Assembly: GCA_000934665.2 (NCBI GenBank)
Contig: KZ538814.1
Coordinates: 62,001-126,000 of the forward strand
DNA from: Catajapyx aquilonaris
Taxonomy: Eukaryota
DNA length: 64,000 bases
Direction of reading: 5' to 3'
Positions 38,335 to 52,170 of the stretch are shown here, in pieces (position 1 is the first letter of the stretch; each line of letters opens with the position of its first letter). A program made the position numbers and the translations under genes. The notes under the pieces were generated by a model that was not told where the DNA came from, ran no database searches, and saw only the letters and a program-made list of their open reading frames with translations.

Positions 38335-41300
38335 TCACCGTACATAAAAATAATGCAGTTTATTTTTCTGCATTATATATAGGGGCATTCCACGCTGTTT
38401 ATGAGTCTAATAAGCGTTTGCCTGTCCCTAACAGGTTCCAAATTGATAAAACTGATGGTCCGTGCCCTAAATTCACAAAACTATTTTTTGCGCATAAAAT
38501 GATATTACGGTTTAATGGGTGGAGTGGTCAGAGTCCCATCACAGGCATAGTTTTAATAGCTTGATGAGCAGTAGCTTATACATCTATGTGAATTTTTGAA
38601 CGCCGCATCATTATTTGAATTTCGGCATGCTCTCTCTGAAATTGAGGGTTTAATATAACACCTCTCAATCCTAATTCAGTCCAACTTGATTTCTGACGTT
38701 ACCAAAGGAGATTTATTTGCCATGGCAGTTAACAAAAAAGGTTCATTTTTCCATACAGTGCTCATGCATTACAATCCTGAAAGAAATATTAATTCTTGAG
38801 AAACTCGGCTTCAACACCTAGTTTTTCCTGAGTCTAATCCAACAGGCACTGCATGTAATGAATGACACGATACCAAAAGCTGAAATGATATTATTCATGT
38901 CTGGACCCCTCTGGAAAATGAACTCTCATAAATGGCAATAGATATGATGGCTACACTGCCTGTATAACATACCCACCCCTGTGGAGGGTGCAACCAGTAC
39001 CCCCCCCCCCCTCAGATGATGACCATGGGATCCATGGGGTGACCCCCTCCTCTCTACCTACCTCATCCCTCCCCCATTTGGCAAGAAATGGTCATCCAGC
39101 TGGACCCCTATAGTAGGCGAGTTGCCACCTCAGGGGGGATTCTCATCATTATAAGAGGCAAGGGTTTCCTCCCCTCCTCCTCTATACTCCCCCTCCAACC
39201 CCTGTTGTTGCACGGGGTGCAATTTGTCTTCAGGTGGTAGCTTGACCGTTGGCCAGAGGTTTTTGGCCATCAAGGAGAAACCGTTGGCGCGAGACGAGTG
39301 TCTGACCGTGAAATGACGCGTTTATTTCTCTCGGTTTTTTTTTCATTTAGTTTTTATCTTATGACCAGCAAATGCAGTGGTTGAAATAGGGAGCCATATG
39401 CTATTATAGTGGGCCCAAGTTATGTTGCATAATTTTTCCCTATGCATGAGTGCGGGTGGGCAATTTGAACATTTTTCGCGGCTACTTGGCAGCTGCCAAC
39501 TGCCACATATTGCCAGCTGAGGTGCTACTCCACCCTGTTCCTCTTTTTTAAACTGATAATATTTATGGATGTTAATTGGGGCGTTTTCGAAAATGGCAAG
39601 AATTTTTTTAGGAGCTCGAATTTTCAAAATGTCATTTAGGATAGGGTTATGTAATAGATGCCACGTGTGGAGTATGTAACTATCCTATTTTTAATGATGA
39701 CCTTCGCATGACCTTAGTGTCAGTATAGGTTAGCGCTTCCGCTGGCACTTAGGTTGGCTGTGAAGTAAATATGCCAACGGATCATGCCGGCAGATATTAT
39801 TACAGGGCTTTCAACTTTTTTTTGTACTTGTATGTCTCAAGTACAGTACTTTCTGTTATACTCCAATGCAACAATGTACCCCGGTGGATTTTGTGGCAGG
39901 GTTGTTTTGCATAACTCTACAGGTCTTGCCTGGAGACTTAAGCATATACTTTTTTTAAATTCCCAGTACAAAATACATAGTAAATTGCAGCATAATTCCA
40001 TCACTACCTGCAATAACTGGGAAAAAATTCACGTCCTCTAAGGATCAAATGAAAAGCCCTTCATTCTGACGCATTCACAACACTGCACTTCTCTGACAAG
40101 TTGTAATGTACTGAGTGAGTCAGTAATCCTCTCTCTCCCGTGCAGTTTTATTGCAACTGTTACAGCTTATGGATATTCGCAATAAAATTCGCACAAAACT
40201 CACGCTTCCATTGCTTATAGATCGGTAAATCCTATGGAATATTTACAATATTATAGCTGATTCTGATGTATCGCAAGAAGTTACTGTTAAAATAATTTGC
40301 ATATAAGTTTGGAGGGATTTAGTGAATCACCATTTACACTAAGTTATTTTATCCATCACGCTTCGGCACTTCATGTGAGGTTCCTCTTTTTTTTCTTGAT
40401 CTAGATAAACACGTGAAGTTAAACTATTGCGTGGAATATTAATTTCTGCATACTAAAAAGCACAATTTACATAATGTATTCATCTATTCTGGCTGGAAAC
40501 TGTATATACGATACGAGTAATGCACGAGCGTAGGCACGCTTCTACTCCCATATCGCTCATAATAGTGCATAATATCTGCGGTTGTGAATGTCACCACCCC
40601 TTACTGTATATGCAGTACCCGCGGCCTTTCAGTCTAAGTTCGCAATTCGTGTACTTGTCTTAGTCAGTGACTCATCCCATCTACTCTATAAGACGTACGC
40701 AGTTTTAACTTACAACGCAGTTGGGCTCTAGATTATGCACTATAAGCTATATGAAGTACGGAGTATTTATGTGTCCCCTTAAGAGCGTAGAAGTTGACCA
40801 AGTCGTATATGTAATCATGTGTGGGCATGAGCTAACAAAATTATGATTTTCTCCCACTTCTGCTGTAGTACATGTGCGCGTGTTTCATTCTCTTGTACGT
40901 CATCACTATAGTGGCAAATGTTCGGTGACATACAAAGTTGCGAGCATCATTGATACGAATACACTGAGTGACGGGTGGATTACAGTTCCCCAGTAATGAC
41001 GATTACAAATGGGACGCTAACTGGGTGTGGTTATGCCACCTTGAATGTAGCTCCCAGGAATGTTCCCCTGACCATTTCAACCAGTCTTAATGTCACGTCT
41101 CTCATTAGAGTAAGGGCTGCTAATGCGCTTTTAGGATATTTTGTGACCATTTTTTATCGGACTGTACTTGCATTCAAGTTCTGCTCGCATGCGCATATGT
41201 CCTATATCTGTCTTTGTGCACAATGATAAATATATCAGCCACACTCTATGATGGAACAGTACCTTGAACTCCAAATTTATGAGTCATAATTCGGTTTTAT

Positions 41301-43149
41301 ATACAGTACATACCAGGCTGTGACAATGCGGGTCTTTCCGAGATGTAATAAAAACGTGTATGCTATACATATTCGAAACCACTTGTTGTATAGGCTACAG
41401 CTTATATCCCGGCTCTATCGTCGTTTAGGACAGTTTAAAAAGTCGACGTATGGTCTCATCAATTTTCCTATTTGGCACATATGTGATAAGTTATATATGT
41501 TCAGGAAACAATAATTATTGTTTCCTGAAACAAAGTTTAACTCAAGCTGAACCTTACAGGTCTGTTATTCGTACAAGAGAATATTAGTATACTTGGTCGA
41601 CAGCATTTTTATATTTAATTATTTAATGGAATTAATCGGGAAATTAGGTGCACCCACAGGACACTATATTCTTCTGTACACGTGACAATAAAGGACAGTC
41701 GGCCTTTTGTCTCTATAGGGTTCTGAGTTATAGATTCCCGGATCGGTCGAAGTATACTTCCCATATGAACAAAAAAAACTTTTGATGGATCCTTTGTTGC
41801 GGTTACGCGAGTTTTCTTGGGATTCCATACCGTTTTATTCCACGTGAGAAATCCATATCATGAATTATAGCTGGATAATGCAGGCACTTTCTGCCAAGTT
41901 CCTTTTTATTTCCCTGGCCCTTCACGTGTCACACTGACGTTTAACTCCCCTTAAATTAACTCACGTTGGCGTAGGGTCAATTTTCCCATTCTGAAAGGTG
42001 GTTACCATAGAGTTGGAAAATCCTCCTAGTTTTCAGGATATTTCACCACAAGTGACACAACGACTCCCTCCACCCTTGTTTGTTCTTAGGGACATGCGGA
42101 CAACCCTAATAATATGGCTACGTGTTTGATTTATTTGAGGATATAAGGCAACTAAGGCTGGATGTAACTTACAAGTATATCAAAACCGAACTCGCACACC
42201 ATGTTAGAAAAGGCAAATTGCATTTTGATTGATATTGATGCTTTGTTTGCTAAGGTCAAATCTGTCTAGGAGTTATCGAGACTCTATAATATAGGTTTGC
42301 ACAAGGATAGGGGCAATTCCCATATATTGACACAGTTACTTTTCTGTTATATACCCTTGGGTCAGTTAAGTTAATAAATTTTTTGCCTTAACTGTTAAAT
42401 ATTGATACAATGATATGCAAGGCAGTGATATTCTTGCAGGATTTTTGACGAAAAATGTGGAAATTCTCTCTCGGTTTAATATTATGAAATGCGGAGTGCT
42501 TATCGAAATCCAGCCCGTAGGATGCTCTTCCCACTATCATACCCAGTGCCATCAGTCATCAGATCACAACAGTTTAGAACAGGTGTTAAGTCTTTGGCTC
42601 GACCTTATCGTCCGTTCTGCCTTTCATATGCCTCCATGGTAAATCCAGAACAAGTGGTTGTTAATTGCTTGTACTGGATTGACCACCAATCATGCAACCG
42701 GCCCAAAAATAAACGGTGACACCCATCAGGCCGAAGAAATTAAAATTGCACGTGGAAGCTGGTGGAAGCTTGGCCAGCACACGACTCGGATGAAACCGAA
42801 AGTAGAAGGGAGAGGCCCCAGCAATGGTATCCGTTAAGTCCTACTTCAAATCGAGTCTTGGTCGTCGTGTCTTGCCCTCCCAGCCAACAAAACCAGCCAG
42901 CCAACCTACAAACCCCCCCCCCCTCCCCCCCTCCCTCCTTCTTCTTCCTCCGGTTCACCATCCATCCATCCACACCCAGCAACCACCACCACAAGATTAG
43001 TATGCAAGCCGGTCCTGGCAGGAAACAAGACGGATTTTGTGTGTGAGGCCTGGCATTGTGCTGCTTACGTCCACTCACCCCCTTCTTTTACCCCCGCACA
43101 CGATGGGAACCTTCACTTTTCAATGGGGGAAAGTTTCTTCACTTTCACA

Positions 43150-43220
43150 TTAGGGACTCGAACCCCAGACCCCCTCTTCATGGAAAGGGAAGCCGGTGGA
43201 CTTGCTACCCCTGCTGCCCA
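43150..43220 (-). mobile_element. Possible degenerate tRNA-derived SINE head
   Basis: Minus-strand B-box GGTTCGAGTCCC, preceded by TCCACCGGCTTCCCTTT..TGAAG, loosely like the head of the SINE at 52663. No tail identified. Confidence 0.3.
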
Positions 43221-43352
43221 AGAAGTAGGAATACAGGCGCCAGAGGACAAATTTGCGCTTGGGGGTCCACATACTGTGGTTTGACCAGAAGGAAAGGGAA
43301 AAGAGGAGGGAGGCCATCCTGCTTTTTTGCATTCAAAAGAGCCCCCCCCCCC

Positions 43353-43385
43353 NNNNNNNNNNNNNNNNNNNNNNNNNNNNNNNNN
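43353..43385. other. Assembly gap
   Basis: Run of N inside poly-C. Confidence 0.99.
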
Positions 43386-46300
43386 CCCCCCCCCCCCCCC
43401 AAACTGGTAGTGCAGGTCCTAGGCTAATGGAGGGGTAGGGAGGGAGACAAGTCAAGGAGAGGAGGAACAGGAACGGAAGATACTCATCCACAGAACAGGG
43501 CTGTACCGCCTACGTTCCTGCAAATATACATTTATGATAGACTATCAGCAGGAGGGAAGCGCATGAAAGTCAGCTAAGACAGACCACAACCATCATGATT
43601 GCCTTGCATAGTTCGACTTCTAGAATCTACCTCAGAGGCTGATCAGCAAAATGCCCCCCCCCCCATGATAATATGAGAGCGAAATCTTCCTCGGAAAGAC
43701 CAAGCTGGCAGTGTCATAGACAAGGGGATGGCTGGTGGTTAGTAGGGTGGGGGGGATGTTTGAAAGGGAGAGTTTGTAGGGTGGTGGGGCAGGAAAGCCT
43801 AGTGTCACGTTTAGTTCCGACAGACAGCCCCAATTCGCCCGGGCCTCCAGAAGAGGTGGGGCTAGCAGACCTAGGCTCGGCCTCTGCTAGGGGACTCCTG
43901 TCCAACCCCGATAGCGGTACTACGGAGCATGTGTGGAAAACCGGGGGCTCCCCCAAAACACCACAGGGGGAGAATAGGGGAGGGGGAAAAACCCTCCCCC
44001 ACCCCCGCCGACTCCCCCCCAACATTGATCCGGAACCTCGGGTGAGGCCCCCCTTTTCCAACCTTTCCCCCTTCTCTCTCTCACCATGGTGAAGTATTCC
44101 AGTCTGTAGTCGCACTTTGAATACGGTGAGGGAGCAATATAATCAAGGGTTGGAATATCCTGCCAGGTCTTCTGTCTCATTTTCTTCGGCGGATCAGTGT
44201 CCATTTTAGAGCAGGCGCTTATGACCCGGGCTTTTGCGGACTCTTAGCCTAAATGACAGGGAGATTTTGGGGGACATGCAAATGGAACTTTTAGGTGCAT
44301 GTACAGAGTGGGGGTTGAGGGGGGGGGGGGGGAAAGAGTGGGGTTCTTGGAAATCACATGTTGGGATGGGACCGGGGTGTCCACTCTATGCTATTTGGGG
44401 GTGATTCTGAAGTAAAAGGGCCTGCAAGGCGGCTGATAAGTAGAGCGAGACGTTCATTTGTGGTCAAGTGATTTTGAATGTATATTTTGGGAGGGGAATT
44501 GTAAGGAGAAAATGGCAGCATGTGGCTTATTAGCGAGGATGGGATGTATCAATTTCTAGATGGAATTTGTGTTAGACAAGAAAAATTCTGATAGACACTG
44601 GAAGAGGTGAGAAAAACTGAGACAATAAAATTAGTGCCAATTTTGAAAATACTCATTTGTTGCGAGTAAAACGGCATGGAAATATTTTTTTAAACATCTC
44701 CTGTAATATAGTTTTAAATTGACTTTGCTCATTGCTTATGAATGTTTTCCTCATGAACAAAGACTCTGCTGCACAGTCATATATTGTAGGAATTTGCAGT
44801 GAATAATATTTTTGCTATCACCATTACATCATCAGTCCAAGGTGGACCGCATAAATTTAGTAAACATGTCGTACGTCATGCCATTGTAACTGGTAATAAT
44901 TAATAATTCATACCCCGTTATCAGCCCGATTGTAACTGGTATTATACGCATACCATACTGTAAAAAAACGACAAATTTAGTGCCACGTATGGTCCATCTC
45001 GTAATAATCCGAATTAGTCGTATGAGCACGATACCCGTCACTTTATCCTATTTCTTCCAAAACTTTATACAGGTTACCGGTACACATTTCGGTTATGTCC
45101 AAACCTCGATTCGGTGAATTCCTCGAAAGCGCCTTTTCTATTTTAGTCCTATCATTATGATAATATTCTGTTACCGGTTAGAGTAACTGGTAATATTATT
45201 GCGCAGCAGATTATTTCGATGTGTCAGGTCCAGACTCTTGCTGGAACTTTCTTGTTTAAAAATGCGAGTGAGAATATGTTCAGGCACTTAATAAGTAATT
45301 TGTATACCGAATAAGGTGATTTTTGACACAAACTATTCCAGTTGTTCCTATAGGCCCTACGAAAATATTTCCATTTTCTCCCATAAGAATGTCCAGAAAA
45401 ATTAGTTCCATCAGTCAAGTGTAAAATATCCTGACGATTTTAGAGTATTTCAGGTATATGGGTGAACTTGTTTCAGGCTATGGGTATTCAAAACAATTAC
45501 ATTCATGGCCATGATTCTCACATCTATTCTGATATCCGAAATCGTGTAGTCCGCTGGCCCTGTGCTTCTTCTGACGACTGTTTCAACTCCGGTACAGTGC
45601 CACCTGGATAAGGATAATCCACTTTTTTCTTCGGGCCCCACTCTTCCCTTCACTCTCTCCCCTCCATCTTCCAGAACCCAACCGGTCTTCTTCGATGCAA
45701 ATTATTTTGCTGCAATTGAAATGGACCCTGAGATTATTTACACGTAATAGGGCACTTAAAAAATCTTGTAAATTTCTGACAGTTATCCCTCCAAAATTCC
45801 GTGGAACTGACCATATTGGGGTGGGCCTATTTGCAACAAGCTTTTTATAATTTTGTTTCACTGCAGTGACAAACAAGGGACAAACTGTGTCCTTGGAAGT
45901 TGAAATTACTGGTTCTCTCCTGCTAATTACCAAGATATCAGAAGACCTATCACCCTAATATTTCTAACCCAGTCGAGATAAAGTTCTGTACGTGCCTTTT
46001 TTTTTTTGCAGTGCAGCAATATCAAACAAAAACAGATGAGTGAGTCCAGTACTCGCACCCGCCTGTTCTTTGACTCAAAATCTGCGACGTACTGTATAAT
46101 TGCACAAGTACTCCGTGCACATACACAGTCCGGAAGTATAGTATGTCTCATCATTAGTGAGACCTGATAGTGTCGAGATAACTTCCAATGTTAGTGACGT
46201 AAGGAATAATACGGAATACATACACAGACTTATTAAAAAGCCAGCTGAAGAAACAGAACCTATATTATGCAGAAATGGCTCTGGGGGTGTGATGCATCCA

Positions 46301-46913
46301 ATAATTTAACATTTATGCATGGTTTTATTGTATATTGGAAGGGGGGAAAGACGATTGCCGCATTTGAAAAGCCTTCATTTGTTTTAATAAAAATATTAAT
46401 ATTACTTATCCCGATCTGACCGTGATGCATGCACTCAAAGAACCAAACTCCGCTTTTATGTGTCTCGTATAGTTCGTATCAGTCAAACTAAGCGGGTAAC
46501 CACTTCGGGACTCCTACACCTGCAGTGGTACTCCCAGGTACTCCTTAGGTAGGCCTACCTTACTCTTTGGTACGCCGGTGTACACTTTACTGTCGAGTAG
46601 TTAACCCCTTGAGTCAAACAGTACCTGTGACTATAGGACCAGGCCAGCCCAGCATGCAATGGGAAAGTATAGGAATAGTGTGCCGGTTGTGTACCGGATA
46701 TGTAACGACTATTCATCATGTGAATGCAATAATAAATGTAAAATATCTGATATATAGCCTGCCCGATGCAGGTTCAGCGTACTTTTTTGCCAACAGGTGC
46801 AACAGCTCATAAGCGGTACACACCCGGTATCTTTTATATATAGTGTGTGTGTTATAATATTATTGGGGTGTGTCCTAAAATTATTTACCTAAGAATAAGG
46901 TTGTGCCTTACAG

Positions 46914-46990
46914 TGTCACCAGGCATCTTCACATCTGGAAATGAGTCATTGCTGTCATGAAGACTGCATGAAGAAGCTCTTCCTGACCAG
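46914..46990 (+). other. Candidate 77-nt internal exon
   Basis: ttgtgccttacag|...CCTGACCAG|gtaagt. One frame is open (CHQASSHLEMSHCCHEDCMKKLFLT). Confidence 0.4.
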
Positions 46991-49748
46991 GTAAGTGGTT
47001 AAGGTGAACCATAGCATGATGGACCCTTTTGAAAATGACGGGCGTGAAATGACAACTGGATACATAAAGTCTTGCCTTTTCGGGGTTTTTTTTTTTTGTA
47101 GATGGCGGTGCCACGTCCGATTAGAAAATTGCACATAGGGTAAATGCATGTTTGTCATTCCCGTATACCCATCACATGCCGGCATGCATTTTTTTCTATG
47201 GGGTGCCAGGCGATTACTTCCATAGAACTAATTGCAACATTGCATTCAACACAAATTCGACATTGATTATGTTGTTGAGGGCTTTGGCTCGTGCCACGTA
47301 AACTTTTTATCCGCACATATTTGCACAGGGAATATTCGGTATCGGTATTTTACGTTATGTAAGGAAAAATGATAACGGCCGTAGAAAAATTCGTCAGGCC
47401 ATAATGAGAGAGAACAATAATAGCGAATCGAATGTCCTAGAGGCGAATAGATCTTAATGGCATCCTTAAGGGGAGAAAATACCGATATAGAACTGGCATT
47501 CAAAATGTCAAAAAAACTTGCATTGGCCAAAATTTGGCCCTGCATTGACCGATAAAACCTCAAAAAAAATCTCATCTGGTACGCATTTTAACTTTAAGTT
47601 TATATTCAGTTGTTTTTGCAGAGGCTGTAATTATTTTTTTTTCAAAATGCTGAATTTGGCACTGAAAATTCAGTCACCTATTTTATTCCAAAAGTTATTG
47701 GCTCATGTTGTGTGTTAATTATCTTTCGACATTATAAAGATGGTCCGAAATAGCTAAATATATAGCAGTTGAGCCGCTGTAAGAATAACACACCCCGCGG
47801 GTTTGTTATAACCCGACGTTTGGCATGACAAGGTGGACAAATTGAGCAGCAGCGTTAGGAAACAGTCTGGAAAGTGTATATGAAATAATGAGGCGGAATA
47901 TGGAGTTGTCCGGGAGGTGGTCTGAAACCTCATTAATCAAACAATCAAAACCTGTTGAAACGAGCAGCTGAGGAGAATCCAGTGTGTGCAATGGTCATAT
48001 ACACAGCACAGTACTGAGGTTATTGGGTGTCCGGTCGGAATCAGGCGTTTGTTTGTGGTAATGCTATAGCATGAATTAATAACCTGAATTCTCATTTAGT
48101 TCCCCCCCAATCAGAGCTCGATGCCAATATAACTCCCATTTTAAAGTTGTCCCTTCTGATTTCGTAAACACAGGAGCCTGTGAATAGAGGGTTTCGAAAG
48201 CGACTTGGTCATGGAGTCTTCGGAATCTGCAAATTGGGCAGTCAGGTCCTGAATATAGATTGGGCAATTAGCACCACTAACCCTAGTTCAATTTGGAGCA
48301 AGTACTAAATGTTAACGTGGGCAAATTTTGGGATCCTCATCTCGTGGGAATATGGCAAAAATGGCTCACAAAGGTGGAGGAATGAAAGGAAAAGCATACA
48401 TTATTCCCAACTATGTATATCTACTGGGGATTCGGTAGGGAGTTGTGCCCTGGTCCTACAATAGGATACCTGAACTGGAAACCAGAAACTTTATCTTCCA
48501 GATTGATGAGTTTTTATTCCTCCGGCAGCTTCGGGTTGCGTTTTTAAAGCACTTTTGGGAGGGATGATGAAGCACTGGAACAGGTAGAGGACTCGTGGGG
48601 GAAGTTTTACTGCCTTTTTAGCATAAGAAAAGCCTCCAGTTCCAAGCATACGCGTGTGTACCAAATATCGGAATCGTAATTTATTTAAGCGTGTTAAATC
48701 TTGCAGAAGGAAGCTAACATTGCTGGATCCACCCGCACTCTCTCTCTCCCCCNTGTCCTTTTGTGCGGGTATACACAGCAGCTGAGCATTGCTGTAGCAC
48801 AGTTTGCAGCAGCAGTCCTCCCCCATCCACCCAGCAGTACCCCCCTCCCCCCCATACCATATAAGCACTACTTCGCCATATGGCGGCCCCAACGGGTTGC
48901 GATGAGGGTCCCAAACTTTTGCTAACCCCACCACACCCAACCAGATCCCAACCCAACTTTTTGGGGGGTGTACTGGAAAAAGGGACTGCATACTATATCA
49001 TTTTTGAGAGCGGGTGGTCCAAACTCATCCTGGTGTATCTGCAACCTGTCTGTTGCACCTGTACTGCTATGGCCTAGTGGGTGAGGATATACAGAATCGA
49101 CGCGCGCATTCAAACAGGCAGGTGGGCCAATTACAGGGTGTGAAAAAGGTGCACATTTCGGCCTCTTAAGGACCTAAGGGGTGTCGCAAAGTCCTATCTA
49201 TTCAGCCTGTGGCCAGTTTTTTTTTTGGGTTGGGAACTCAGGTGGCTTTTTTAGGGCATTTTTTGCTCACTTACTTATCGCACCCTAAGGATTTTTTGCA
49301 GTGAAAGGAGGGGGTGCCTATGCTAATTAGTTGACCGGAAGGGTGTGGAAGTATCTTGGACAAACCCTCGTAAAAAGTGATAAAAACTGTGGGGGTATTC
49401 AATAGTAGAGGGTCAGATTTCCATATTTGGCCACACGCTCGTCAGCCCTGTACTTATTTTATCCCTTACCATTCTTAACCTTCCTTAGGCTCCATGAGAG
49501 CCTGACCAACGGGAATTATTACAACGGTGTTCCTCAACTAGTGGACAAAGAATTCACAGGTGTTTCTGGGGGGTTCGGGATGGTGCCATCGGAAAGGACA
49601 GCAGATATTTTCTAAACGGTTATTGGAAATTTAATATTACACAAATATTTTGGAGGCTTCTTGTTGCCATATCAAAAGTGATTCGAGCATATTAAAAATA
49701 TACGCCCTGTGATGACACTGGTAGGCAGGGTGAGTCAACGGGGAGATA

Positions 49749-50297
49749 CACTGCTATCGAAAAAGAGGCTCATTTTTTGGTAACTAACAGACAATGAGGA
49801 GCTACTGCTAAGTTGTTAATTGCGTCATATTGCAGCCTGATAGCTGTTGAAATTAGTTTACTCCTGACTTACCACGATTCTGAATACTAACAGGCATGCT
49901 CTGAAAATGGTAATTATTATATCTACCAAACTCCAATATCGCATCTAATTGGAGTAGGCTATTTAATAGCCTCGAGCACAACAGGACGTGTGTTTTTTTT
50001 ACGTGGTAAGATGTAAGCTAATTTCAGACAACGGCTATTCAGTTGTAATACGCCACAAATTACAACTTAGCATTAGTTACGACTGGAATGCAATGCGCGA
50101 CAAATAACAACTGGGCATTAGCTGCTCCCAAGTGGTCTAGTGGCAAGGACACCTGGCTTTTGCCCAGGAGACCCGGGTTCGATTCCCGGCTTGGGAAGTT
50201 TTATTTAATGCCTAGTGTTATTATTACCATCCTAGAATTAGCTGCTCATTTTCTGTTATTAGTTATCGAATAATGAGCTTCTAGTTTGATATCAGTG
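49749..50297. mobile_element. Non-autonomous TIR element (MITE) carrying a tRNA gene, copy 1
   Basis: TA|CACTGCTATCGAAAAAGAGGCTCATT... at the left end and ...AATGAGCTTCTAGTTTGATATCAGTG|TA at the right end form ~55 bp imperfect TIRs. Nested internal inverted repeat at 49801-49861 / 50013-50077. Confidence 0.8.
50126..50197 (+). tRNA. tRNA with a Glu-type body but anticodon TTT (anticodon-shifted tRNA or pseudogene)
   Basis: Cloverleaf: acceptor TCCCAAG/CTTGGGA, D-stem GTCT/GGAC, anticodon stem CCTGG/CCAGG with loop CTTTTGC, T-arm CCGGG-TTCGATT-CCCGG. TTTT follows at 50199-50202. Differs at 5 of 72 positions from the copy at 61451. Confidence 0.8.
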
Positions 50298-51784
50298 TAT
50301 CTCTTGTGTTGTCATACCATGCTGAGTGTTCCGATACAAGGTGTTGCAAGAAGGATTCTTTCATGAGGGGCGTACAGGTCAAAGATGTACTATTCAGCTG
50401 CAAAGAATATACATATCCATTAATTACATATTCTTGGTAAAGAAAACTTGCTTCATCAAAATGATTTGCTAAAATCAAATAGTTAAATCGGCTTATATTA
50501 AGGATGAATAAGTTAATTTCTGTCAAAAACCGTTATCTCCACTCCGTATATGAAAGCCCCCATCTGCAGCACCCACTCCAGTAGCTCAGGATAGGTGATA
50601 TACACTTTTTCCCCCTTCCTGCCATACACTATGCACCAAATTCAAGTGCCCGCATACCGAAGGTGCTTCCGGCATAGATTAGAACTCTCAGCCTGCAGTT
50701 CCAAACCTATACTTTTCTCCGAAAAGGTGTTCATCTGGAGAAGAGATAATGTGTTGGACAAAGGAAGGTGCATTAATGAAAAGAAAATCGTACATTCAAT
50801 CCTTGCTGCAAAACTGAATGAAAACGAGGTCAGCATTTAGCCTATAATTTCATTTTAAAATACGTCTTTGCAATGTGTAGATGAGTTTACAACCTATTTT
50901 TCTATTCATGTATGTTATTATAGACATAGTTTCATGACAAAAATAGTTATATTCTTGGAGATAACCCCTTTTTTGTTGCACATGATATTTGATATTGATC
51001 ACCTATTTCGTCTATCTTTGCCACACTGTCTAAATTCAAGTAGACAAGGCACCTGAAATTGAAGAGTTGGCAAGTGAACAAAATCGAGCTAATTATTACC
51101 ATTCAGTTACATGTTTTCCCTGTTATCTAGGAAGTGTCATAGGGGGAGATAATTTTTTCCCCGTCAACCCCTTCATATTACTATACATGCCGAATCATGT
51201 AGCCTGTTCCTATATGACGCTTCTTTTATCGCATGACCTCACACCCCTGTTCAATCATTTAATATAGGGTAACCTTAAAAGTCGATGTCCCAACTTGCAT
51301 CACCGATTTCAAGTCCTCATCTGACATAAAGCTACGACCTGTTACTATGGAATTACTTTTATGCTGAAAAAACATAACATCTGCACACCCCATCTGATCT
51401 TCTCAGTTCATGACGAGTCTAACATTAGTTGTCACATTGTTTTCGACATTCACCGCGATCCTCCACGTAAGCCACTTCCTCGTACGTCGTGTATACTCGT
51501 AATGAATGACCTGACCAAATTACGGCAGACTTAGTGCTTGACCTATAGGCGGGACCCCATTATACTTGTCGCCAAGAAATTTAATGAGCTTGACCAGTGC
51601 AGGGCCTGTATACCTGTGGATGTCAATAAGAATGAAAGCTCATTCAGAGTACCGGTGCAGTGTAATTGTTAGACGAATTGAAAAATCGCCATCTGCTTGT
51701 CATTAGCTATTTAAAATTACCCTGTTGTATAGGCTTGTGCTTCGATCTGGGGAGTTTATTGTGGACCATGGGATGGGCAGGATG

Positions 51785-52170
51785 CATGATCAGTAATTCC
51801 CCATTCTTTCGGGTTTTACGATTTATTGGCCGGTTCTAAGACCAAAATAATATAGGCTACTCTACATCAACTTTGGCTTTGATGCTTAATTACGGTGTGT
51901 GCTGGCAATAATTCCCATCTACTTACCCCCTTCTTCCATGGAGCCCTTCAATTGTATCTTGATTTTGTTAACCTTGCCTGCACAATGTAGGTAATATTGT
52001 GTACAGCACACCTCACGTTTAGTAGCCCTGCTTGACGGGTCATATGTTGTGCAGGATATTCCCTATACTGCAAATCAAACTTGTGGTCGCATGTAGTATT
52101 TAAATCTCGATGTCAAAAATGACTCAGAGTATTTTGTATGTAGCCTAGTAGCAAGAGCAATCCGGCCGGA
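51785..52170. mobile_element. MITE family B copy
   Basis: TCAGTAATTCCC, TTCTAAGACCAAA, TAGGCTACTCTACA and TGCAGGATATTCCCTATAC are shared with the 29.3 and 32.4 kb copies. Confidence 0.65.
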
